Shown here piece after piece: positions 11,506 to 21,014 of a stretch of DNA of 64,000 bases. Both the position numbers and the translations under genes were made by a program. This DNA comes from Euglena gracilis. Its lineage: Eukaryota. Where the stretch lies: NCBI GenBank assembly GCA_039621445.1, contig CP154954.1, forward strand, positions 27,268,123 to 27,332,122. The letters run 5' to 3'. A model generated the notes under the pieces. The model did not search any database. It had not been told where the DNA came from and saw nothing but the letters and a program-made list of their open reading frames with translations. Position 1 is the stretch's first letter, and each line of letters starts with the position of its first letter.

Positions 11506-11533
11506 CGAAAAAAAATAGACACTCAGAAAGTGT
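11506..11533 (-). other. Euglenid spliced-leader exon sequence (genomic copy, not an SL RNA gene)
   Basis: Reverse complement is ACACTTTCTGAGTGTCTATTTTTTTTCG, the Euglena SL. Followed by CATA rather than a GT donor, 11 nt upstream of an ATG. Confidence 0.92.
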
Positions 11534-11951
11534 GGTTAGGAGGCGTTGGCTTCACTATCAACTGCTTCGCGGACAGTTTCGCTACTGTAATTGTAAATTA
11601 CTCTCACCTCCTCTTCACAGTTTTGGTTTTATTCGTTGATTGGCAGTGCACATTACGTGCTTTGCCTGTGGCTGTGTCTTGGACAAGATTATAACAAGAG
11701 GTAGGATATTTCAAGTTTGGAACTATCAAGTTGGTTGGAGAAGTTCCAGTTCAAGGAGAGAAGTTTCAACCTCCGCACCCTGACAACACTCTTTTGTACA
11801 TTACACCAACAGTATAAGCTACCCGCAACCTGTGGCGGCACAGGGAGTCACAAGGGGGTTCCTCTTGTGGCGAGGGCCAAAAGAGACGTTTCCCTGGGCC
11901 CGCGGCACGGTTTGGGTGAAGCTGTGCTACCCACCGTGAATGAAAAACTGA

Positions 11952-14900
11952 GTGTATTCATTAACAGCGCAACAGCAAACACCAAGGCTGGTGGTGGTTG
12001 ATACCAGGGAAACCCGGAAACGTCGAGCAGAACGAGATCCGGACTCATCAGATTCGGATGCGGACAGTGGTGTCTTCCATTGCCCCTTTGCCCCTTGTGC
12101 GAAGTCATTGCGACGGAATTTCCAAGGCTGGAATGCGAAGCGGTTGATGGTCAACCACGTGGCGACAGTGCATGTGGCAGCCAATGAAGTGCCATCTGCA
12201 TCATGGCTGCTACAGACACAACGGTGGGTGTGCAGGCATTGCTTGCGTCTGCTACCGGAAGGAAAGCGACTGCTTTCGGGTGCGAGCGGATCCCGTTCCT
12301 TCCAGATTACCGCCAGTGTCACACCCAGCACCACCACCACCTGCTGCTTCCTCGCGCCAAGGCTTGACAACATCATTGGACACCCAAAATGCAGCCATGG
12401 CCGGGGCAATCAATGAGATCCTGTCCCTCTCACGGCCGCTCTTTCGGCACATCCCACGTGGAGCAGTGACAGTGTGGGGTGTGGCATGGGCAGAGGTGCA
12501 ACAACGCCTGTGCAGAAAGCGGTCATGGGAGTCATTGTGCGATTGGGCACTGTTCCAAAAGGTGACCTTGTGGTCCCCAAGGGGGGGCAAGGAGCACAAA
12601 GGCCAAGCAGTGGAGCTGATACGCTCACGAGTGCGGCGATTCAAGGACGGCGACATCATTTCTTTTTGGGAAGAGCACTGCCAAAGCTTTCCTCGACCAG
12701 GGCGCAAGATAAAGAAAAGCGACGTGTCCTTATCCTTACAAGACAAAGTGGAGAGACTGCAAGAACGACCCTTTTTGAACGCCTTGCGAGGACTCATGGA
12801 TGACGGAGCATTCGGGAAAGCAGTGAAGCACATGATGTCGGATGGTCTGCACGACCCGGTGGATCTCAACGTGCAATCCAAATTGCGAGACTTCCATCCA
12901 CGGAGACCGCAAGTGGCCTGTCCCAATCCAGTGGAGGCTAGGCACAGCGGGGGGGGGGGGGGGCTGGGGGGGGCGGGGGGCGGGCCGGGCGGCGGCGGGG
13001 GGGGGAGGGGGGGGGAGGGGGGTCCAAGGGCGGCCGCGCGGGCGGAACGCATCCTAAAATCGGTGATTTTCGGGTCCAAAAAGTGGTCATTTTTTGCCAT
13101 TTTTGGGCCATTTTTGACCAAAAAAAGTGCTTTTTTGGCCGCGCGCAGAGCGCGCGGCCCCCAAATTTGCCATTTTGGGTCCAAAAATGGTCATTTTTGG
13201 TCATTTTTGGGCCTCAAAAAATCGCGATTTTTTTACCAAAATTTTTTTTCTTGGCTATGCTAGGCACAGGGGGGGGAGGGGGGGGGTCCAGTGGGGGGGG
13301 AGCGGCTGCGCGGCGGTCCGCGCGTGGGGGCCTCGCGGGGGGGGCGGGGGGGGTCCCGGACCCCCCCGTCTGGTCTCTGGTCCCGGACCCCCCCGAGCGG
13401 CGCGCCTAGCCTCCAGTGTTGAAGAACCTTCCGTTCCCCAATGAGAATTCGAGTCAAGACCTTCGTGATTTGCAGAAACTTCTACGAGAAACATTGCTTT
13501 CGTTTGCAGCGGGCGTCCGCAGCGGGCCCCGATGGGTTGAGACCGCAGCATTTGCAAGACATTGTGCGGGTGGATGCAGGAGCAGCGCCTCTCGTGCTGT
13601 CAGCATTGAGCTCCTTCACCAAGGCAGCGCTCGAAGGACACTGCCGCCGTTAGCCATGCTCTGCATCGCTGATCCCTTTGAAGAAACCGGGTCCTGGCGG
13701 CAACATCAAATATCCGCCCAGTGGCCGTCGGGAACACAGTACGCCGGTTTGTGGGGAAGTTTGGCATGAATTCCGCAGTGGTGAAGCAACGTGCAGCAGA
13801 TTTGCTACCAAATCAAAGTGGGGTGGCAATGGATGGAGCCTGCGAGACCATCGCCCAAGGACTGCAGTCCTTGACGCAGAACACACCCGGGGAGGCGTGG
13901 GCCATCTTGCAGGTCCACCTCCAGAACGCCTTCAATGCGGTGGATCGGCAAGCTCTGTTGGATGCTGTGCGTTCACGTGCACCGTAATTGGAAGCCTGGG
14001 CTCGCCTGTCATATGCGTCACACTCCGTCTTGTATCTCGCCACATCAAGGCAAGGCGCACAAGGTGCCCTTGGGACCGCTCTTCTACACCTTGACATGGC
14101 AAGATCTGGTGACAAGACTCCCCGGGATCGTGGGCATGGAGATTTGGTGACAACTCCCGGGGAAGCTCCCGCGATGCTGCATCTGCAAGATGCCCCTTGG
14201 GCACGGAGGCCTCTCTCTGGAAATGTTGCAAGCTCCAGTCGCCTCGGGGTGCACCTGAATGAAGCGCTTTTTGCAAAGCCCAAACTTGAACTGCCTGCGT
14301 CCTCCCATGGAAAGTCCCCTGGCTGCCTGGCCATGGCAACAAAGTTTCGCAAAAAAGATGCACGTTTGGGGATCAGATGCAAAAGAGATGCAGGTTGTGA
14401 TGCCATGCGTGATGCCGATGTGAGTGGAGCATGAGCGTGTTTGCCCTTGATGTGCCTTGTGGCGCATGCCGTGCGTGCATGCTTCTTGCTTCCCAATGGA
14501 GCACCCAACGTCAACATTCGCATGCACGGTCGGACAATGCCACTTGAGCAATCTCGCCGCAGTGTGACAAATTGGATGCGCAAATGCACTCCCCCTGCGC
14601 AGCTTCCGGGCAAGGATGCACGCATCACGCCGCACGTGGGACAATGGTCAGCCAGTGATGACAGTGGGCGCAATGCACCCTCCCCCTGCGCATATGGCGG
14701 GGTTGGGAATCAAGGATCCGATTGTGTTGCAAGCGCCGGCAAGGATGGCATGCATTTTATCCTCACAAGAACGCCACCAGGTGCTCAAGTTCCCGCCGGA
14801 GGCATGCGTACTGCCCCCTAACTTTGTGAATGTGGCGACGGAGCTCCAAAAGCATTTGGGACAACAATTTGCACCTCTCAAAGAATGGGTGGAGAAGCGA

Positions 14901-15844
14901 AAGCCCGTCGACGCAGAAGCGGACCATGCAAGCCAACAATGGTGGTCCGAGAAGGTGCACTTGGCACGCAAGGATCCTTTGAAGAATGCCCTCTCCCTAC
15001 GAGATTGTTGCCGGTTGCGATTACAATCAATGCCACACACCACAGCGTGGGCCAAGACTGTGCCCAACAAAGGCATCGGAACCCAAATCCAGCATCGAGG
15101 TACCGGCTGTTGCTAAGATGGTGGCTGGGGGCAAAGGTGTTGACATGCGCAGCAGGAGCACCGTGCCGATTGTGTGGTGAAGCCCTTGATCCCTTTGGTG
15201 ACCATTTGCTTTGTTGCAAGAAGAACAAGCTTGTGCAGCGACATAACGCTGTACGAGGTGCGCTTGCAATGGTCCTCAGAGAGAAAGGGGTGCACACCCG
15301 CACGGAAGTGGCAATTGGCAGCAAGACGCGCCCGGCGGACATTGCCTTGGATGGGGTGGATCCAGCAGGGCCGCTGGCAGTCGATCTCGTGGTGTTTCAC
15401 CCATTGCGCAAAGACTTCACGTGGGACGAGACTAAGACATTGAAGAACATGGCAAGCATGGAGAACAAAAGAATCACCAAGCACCAACCAATATGCGAAG
15501 CAGCAGGATGGTTGTTCAGCCCTTTGTCTTTTCACCCATGGTCCGGCTTGGGCCCACTAGGCTCTGGCCTCATCAGCCGTCTCGTCAAGCAAGCACTGGG
15601 TGACAGTCAAGGTTGGGCCAGGCCGCATATGTCCGCCGACATTTGGCAACGCATTTCAGCAGCTTTGATGTCATTTGTGGCAGAGGAGCTCTCGCCGACA
15701 ATGTCAGTGAAAGGGCAAGACCAGCTCTCACTGACAGTGACAGCACAGGAGGTGCGACTGCCAAGACGCCGACAAACCTGCACCCCTGATGGCAGTCTCA
15801 CCCATGGATCTGGATGGGTGGCAGCAAGAAGAAGAGCAAGGTGA
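11952..15844 (+). mobile_element. Near full-length degenerate CRE/SLACS-like RLE non-LTR retrotransposon
   Basis: C2H2 finger CPFAPC..HVATVH plus CRHC; GPDGLRPQHL; AVGNTVRRFVGK; LQNAFNAVDR; GLGI; CCHC CRLC..HLLCC; RHN..RPADI..AVDLVV..K..KH. Many frameshifts and stops. Confidence 0.9.
12934..13413. mobile_element. MITE with GAGGCTAGGC TIR and 5-bp TSD (CAGTG)
   Basis: Removing it rejoins ORFs 12172 and 13416 in frame (..CPNPV|LKNLPF..). A short copy lies at 20473-20545. Confidence 0.85.
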
Positions 15845-16684
15845 TGGGACAAATGTGGGTCTCATCCGCATTCAATGCTCCCGACCGCACCAAGAGGAGC
15901 CCGGCAGGAGGTAGCCCCTCCAGCTCAGACACACACACACACACACAAGGGAAAAAAAGACAAAAGGGCCCACGCCCCTCAGGGCAAGGCCAGCGAGAAT
16001 CGAAGTCAAACCAAACATTGACAGGCGGGTGCAACGGCTCGCGGTGACCCGTCCCGATGGCAAAGAACAGCACGCCGTCATGGGCGACGCGCTCGCACGG
16101 GCGACGCGCGAGCACGACACACGCGAGACACGCGCGAGCCGTGCCAAGCTGTGCCGAGCCGTGCCGAGCCGTGCGCTTCCAAAGACCCGGCCGGCTAGCC
16201 GGCCAGCCGGCCAGCCGGCCAGCCGGCTGCGTGGAGGAGGCCCTCCACCCATGGTAAGTCCCCCCCCACCGCAAACCACACCAAAAGCGAGCAAGACCAA
16301 GACCAAGACGGCCACAACCCACAAAGCGCGGAGGTTAACCACGGAAACGCCCCCCCCCCCCCAAAAGGCGGCCCCCCGGTGTCACCGCTATGGTCGCTTG
16401 CCCTTCACACGGGCTGTAGAAGGGGCATTTCGCGGCAGCGCTCACAACGTGGACAACACCGGCTATTTCGGCTGGCCCAGGATTTGTTACCTCTGCCCCC
16501 GGGAACCGCAAAAAACGCTCACCCCCCCCCCCCCCCAAACCTCATGATTGACCCCCCTGGTTTGGGTCCCAACTCCTCGTTTAGCCCGAGATACGGCCAA
16601 TTTACGGTTTCGGGCCTCGAAATGGCCAGAACTGGCAAAACTGGTTGGCCCAAACCGCACATACCGATCGATAGGGAGTTCCTA

Positions 16685-16792
16685 TAAGAAAAAGCGGGGT
16701 CCGATCACGATTCCCGGTGGAGAAACGGGGGGCGCCGTAGGCGCCCCCCGTTTCTCCACCGGGAATCGTGATCGGACCCCGCTTTTGTCTTA
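16685..16792. repeat. Long palindrome (47-bp perfect arms, GTA loop)
   Basis: aaaagcggggtcc...ggcgcc GTA ggcgcc...ggaccccgctttt. Confidence 0.95.
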
Positions 16793-18095
16793 AAACCGTT
16801 AACCAAGTTCACGGGCTTCCTCGCAGTAGGCAAGCGCTTCCTAACGAGATGCCTAGGGGGTCAAAAATCTCGTTTTTGGCGTTCACGGGTGAACTTTGGC
16901 CGTTCACGGGTGCCGTAGTGCGCACCCGTGAACGGAATTTCCGTCCACGGCTGCCGTGCGTGCACGCGTGAACCGACCACGGTTGCGCAAGGTGTTACCC
17001 GTGATCGGAATTTGAATTTTTTGGGTTTTCAACATTTGTGTTTCTGTCTGTCTGCTGCTTTTCCCCACAGTCCGATGAAGCGTTTTGCCAACATGATGGA
17101 AGCACAGATGCCCCGCCCCCCCAACGTAGATGAATTTCTGGCTGTTTTACGTGGTGCTGGCTCCCTAGGAGCTGCTGCAGTGGATGCCCTTTTAGGCAGT
17201 CTCCCCACCGGTGGTCAAAATTGTGACTTGGGCCCCAAGAACCATGCCGCAGTAAAGTGTTTTTTGGGGTATATGGATGTTTGCAACCGGCATGGCGTTG
17301 TTCTTAGCTCTTTGGACGAAGTTTTGGTGGGATGGGCCAGATGGTGCGTTGATGCTCGTGAAGTTTTCAAGACGCAGCAGGAAGCCGATGCCTGGGTCCA
17401 GACAAGGCAGGAGAAGGTAGGAAAAGATGGGCGCCTTCGCTCCATGCCAGTGTCCAGTTTTCGGACCTATGTAAATGCTGTAAGCAACATTTACAAGGCA
17501 TTGGCTCCCGTTTATACCATCATTGTACCATCGTCTGTGTCCCAGTTCCCGCAGTTCAATGTGTTAATGAAGCCACTCGTCACGCACGAAAGGGCCAAAA
17601 AAGCAATGGAGGCTTTTAGTGACACGGATGTGGGTGCAGCCAAAAGTGTTCATTGTTCCGTTTGTGGCGAGACGTATCATTTTGTGTGTGCTGAGCTGCG
17701 TCGCGCGCCGAAAAAAGCGTGGATTTGTCAGGGTTGTCGTTGAGTTATCCGTCCTGTTGTTCCTCTGACCATGCCGAAAGGCATCGCGAGCATGTGCCTC
17801 GCACCGAAATTTAGTTTGCCGCGTGTCAGTTCCCTATGCCACCTCTTGCATTCCTGCCCCCACCCCTCAAGTTCACCAGGTTCGCCATTTGTTTCAAATC
17901 CTCTTCCCTAGTGCATAAATCTTTTCCCTTTTTTAAAGGCAAAATTCCGTCCACGGCTGCCGTCTGTGCACCCGTGAACCGACCACGGGTGCGCATATGT
18001 GAAAACGGGGTCCGTTCACGGGTGCCGTAGTGCGCACCCGTGAACGCACCCCGTTTCCTCACGTGGGGAAGCCCGTGAACGGTTAACGGTTTTAA
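16790..18095 (+). mobile_element. TIR-bounded, internally deleted tyrosine-recombinase-family element
   Basis: TIR ttaaaaccgttaacc(aa)gttcacgggcttcc at 16790-16820 and 18067-18095; subterminal gttcacgggtg..cacccgtgaac hairpins at both ends. Confidence 0.7.
17075..17743 (+). CDS. YR N-terminal (core-binding-like) domain fused to a partial PHD finger; catalytic domain missing
   Basis: Aligns by eye with the N-terminus of 18862 (EFLA.L, LD...V..A.W, TYVNA....YK, VP...SQFP). Ends CSVC..YHFVC..WICQGC. Pyrimidine tract plus AG just before the ATG. Confidence 0.7.
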   Translation: MKRFANMMEAQMPRPPNVDEFLAVLRGAGSLGAAAVDALLGSLPTGGQNCDLGPKNHAAVKCFLGYMDVCNRHGVVLSSLDEVLVGWARWCVDAREVFKTQQEADAWVQTRQEKVGKDGRLRSMPVSSFRTYVNAVSNIYKALAPVYTIIVPSSVSQFPQFNVLMKPLVTHERAKKAMEAFSDTDVGAAKSVHCSVCGETYHFVCAELRRAPKKAWICQGCR

Positions 18096-18116
18096 AGTCG
18101 TCAAATGAGGTCGCCG

Positions 18117-20158
18117 TACCGGGGGGATTAAAATACCGCTCGGTAGTAATACTGAATGGATTAATACCGCTCTTTAATAAAGCCTCCCATACGCCGGGGC
18201 TTTGGCAGGGGGGGGAGGGGGGGTCCCGAGGTCTGATTTTTTTTTGCATTTTTGGCACTTTTTGCTGTACTGTCTCAACACAGGGGGGGGAGGGTCCTGG
18301 GGTCCCAACTGTACTGCCAAACCCCCCCCTCAAAAATTGGCCAAAAACCGGCGCCGAAGGCGCCGGAAAAAATTTTTATGGCCTTTTTTTGGTCCAAAAA
18401 GGCCATTTTTGGTCCAAAAAGGCCATTTTTGGTCCAAAAAGGCCATCTGTCTCTGACCGTTCGGCACTAGGGGGGGGGTCCCAAAAATCCCAACTGTACA
18501 GGGGGGGGAGGGGGGGGTCCCCAAAAAACCCCAACTGTACTGCCATCGCCCCGCCTGATCGTTATGATGTGAGACAGAAAAAATGCACTCCGCGATCCAG
18601 ATAAATTTTTGCTCGATCCTAATTCCGGCCGCCGTGCCAGAAAAATGCCCAGATCGCCAGTCACGGAAACTCGCCCAGTGAGCGGAATTTATATCAGGAA
18701 AGACCCCCCCTCCCCCGACTTTGTCCTGAGTCGGAGGGGGGGTCTTGCTATAAGTCGGTGTACCAACCCCCCTCCGACTCAGGACAAAGTCGGTGTACGC
18801 CTAATGAGGAAAAGTGTCACAATTACGTTTTCAACCAATACATTTGTCTTTTTACAGCTCCATGTTGCCTGCACAGGTCGTGAACGTCGCTGAAGCCGCC
18901 CTGGGACCCCTGCCATCACCCGCAGAGTTTTTGGCAAGGTTGAAGGACGCCGTGGAACCCCAAAACAAACCTTCTGCGGACACAGTGCTTTTTGGAGATA
19001 CTTTCAGTCAAACTGTGTCCCAGCCTTATAGCAGCGCCAAAAATCAGAAGGGGGGATTTGTCGCCCTCACCAATTTTCAAAAAATTTGCGAAATGCGAGG
19101 CTATGCCACCACGGATTTGGATGATTATGTGGTGGCATTTGCAAAGTGGGTGCTTTCAGTGCACGCTTTGCATGACACAGAAGCTGAAAAGATTGCCACT
19201 AAGGCACAAAGGCAGCTTTTGTGTCAACAGGCTGGGGTGCCCATGTATGAATGGGCTCCGCAAACGTTGACAACGTATGTCAACGCATTGGCTGTGCTGT
19301 ACAAACAAACAAAACCATTGCATTCCATCGTCCCAAAGGCCAAAAGCCAGTTCCCAAATTCTGTCCGATTTGTGACCGCGGCAGCATCACGGCTGAAAAA
19401 GATGAAGGCACGAGCGCCGGAGGTGCGTGTGATGGACGATGAGGACATGCTAAAGTTGCACGCACAGACCAAATGGGGTTCCTGGTACGAGACACAACGA
19501 TACAACCTCCTGGTGCTGTCGTACAACTTGGGGCAAAGGGCAGAGTCCATGGAACAGCTTCGCATCGGCAATTTTCATCCGGACGTTACTGACGAGGGCC
19601 ACAAAATTATGAAAGTGAAGTTTGGCAAAATGAAGAATTTGCAAGGCAGTTCGTCCAAGGATGCCCATGAGCAGATTCTGTTCCCGCACGAGAATGAAAA
19701 AATATGCCCCATTGTCGCTTACCACCGCCAAGTATCCATTGTTGGGACGGACGATCGCAACGGAGCACTTTTTCTTGGCGGCGGTAACGCACCTGCTGCC
19801 CGCGACAGCCTGAAACCGACAGACCTCAGCAACGATGTCCACCTTCAAAGGAGCCATAGCTTGGGCACGTGGGGTTCTTGGGAGGCCAGTGACGTTCCTC
19901 TTCCCTCTTCCCTCCTGTGCCTTGCTTTCACCATGAGCATGGCAGCCGCAACCAGTATACAATGGTTAGAAAAATGGATTGCTCCAGAAGAAAGGGGGTC
20001 CACCGGACTCAGGACAAAGTCGGTGGACCCACCCCCCGACTTTGTCATCCCTGAGTCCATCGTAGGGTACACCGACTTTGTCCTGAGTCGGAGGGGGGGG
20101 TACACCGACTTAATCCAATCGACAATCAATGCTGAGCGGTATTTTCATCCCTCCGGTA
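18117..20158 (+). mobile_element. Crypton-like tyrosine recombinase element with inverted repeats
   Basis: Imperfect IR 18117-18164 / 20110-20158; inner inverted motif ccgactcaggacaaagtcggtgtac on both sides of the ORF; GC-rich MITE-like insert at ~18183-18545. Confidence 0.7.
18862..19900 (+). pseudogene. Tyrosine recombinase (Crypton/DUF3504-like), C-terminally truncated
   Basis: RYNLLVLSYNLGQRAES (catalytic R), KMKNLQG (catalytic K), ICPIVAY, ALF. HxxR and catalytic Tyr not seen. Confidence 0.8.
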
Positions 20159-20678
20159 ACTTTCCATCAACTCCGCAGCGTTTTCGAGATATTTTGAAAT
20201 TTTTGATTTCTTGACCCCCAGCCCGGCCACCCTCGAACCCCCGCAGGGGCCCCCGAATACGCAAAAATGGCCCAAAATCGCACAACCAGACCCCGGGAAC
20301 CCCAAAAAACGGTCAAAACCCTCCCTAAACCTCATGATTGACCCCTTGGTTTGGGTCCCAACTCCCCGTCTAGCCCGAGATACGGGCAAATTACGGTTTC
20401 GGGCCCCGAATGGGGCCGAAATGGCCAAAACTGGCCAAACTGGCCCAAACCCCCAAAACAGCCATATCTTGGGAGGCTAGGCACAGTGGGGGGAGGGGGG
20501 GGGGTCCCGGACCCCCCCCCCCCCCGAGCGGCGCGCCTAGCGTCCCTTGGGCTAGGCGAGGAGTTGGCCCAAACCGCGCATACCGATCGATCGGGCGTCC
20601 CAAAGTTGTGGAATGACGTCCCCATCACTTTCCCTCAACTCCGCAGCGTTTTCGAGCTATTTTGAAATTTTCGATTTT

Positions 20679-21014
20679 TGGGTCATCATGGGCATCGTTG
20701 GCCATCAATGGTCATGATGCGCATCATGGGTCATCATGGGCATCATTGGTCATGATGGCCATCATGGGTCATGATGTGCATCATGGGTCATGATGGCCAT
20801 CATGGGTCATGATGGCCATCATGGGTCGTGATGCGCATCATGGGTCATCATGGCCATCATTGGTCACGATGGCCATCATTGGTCATGATGGCCATCATTG
20901 GTCACGATGGCCATCATTGGTCATGATGTGCATCATGTGTTAGGATGGCCATCATGGGTCATGATGCGCATCATGGGCCATGATGCGCATCATGGGCCAT
21001 GATGGCCATGATGG
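20679..21014. repeat. 19-bp minisatellite with a palindromic core
   Basis: Unit CATGATGGCCATCATGGGT, roughly 15-17 degenerate copies. Confidence 0.9.

Larger units (their letters stand above)
9195..11533 (-). mobile_element. Internally deleted CRE-like non-LTR retroelement: SL - ORF1 (coiled-coil/Gln-rich) - 2A - RLE C-terminus - 3'UTR - A8
   Basis: SL at the 5' end; ATG at 11494 (MSGAAAPED..); frameshifted Q-rich continuation; GDIEDNPGP; RLE tail EQAKHAKY..C..GWSF..MGTWGGVG (9706..10032); A8 at 9195-9202. RT absent. Confidence 0.75.

Noticed and set aside
11506-11640. Functional SL RNA gene
   Set aside because: No GT donor or SL intron after the exon; it runs straight into a coding 5'UTR.
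11820-11910. HDV-like ribozyme at the 5' end of the CRE-like element
   Set aside because: A hairpin is present but I could not build the nested pseudoknot.
20679-21014. CRISPR-like array
   Set aside because: No unique spacers; a simple tandem repeat in eukaryotic DNA.
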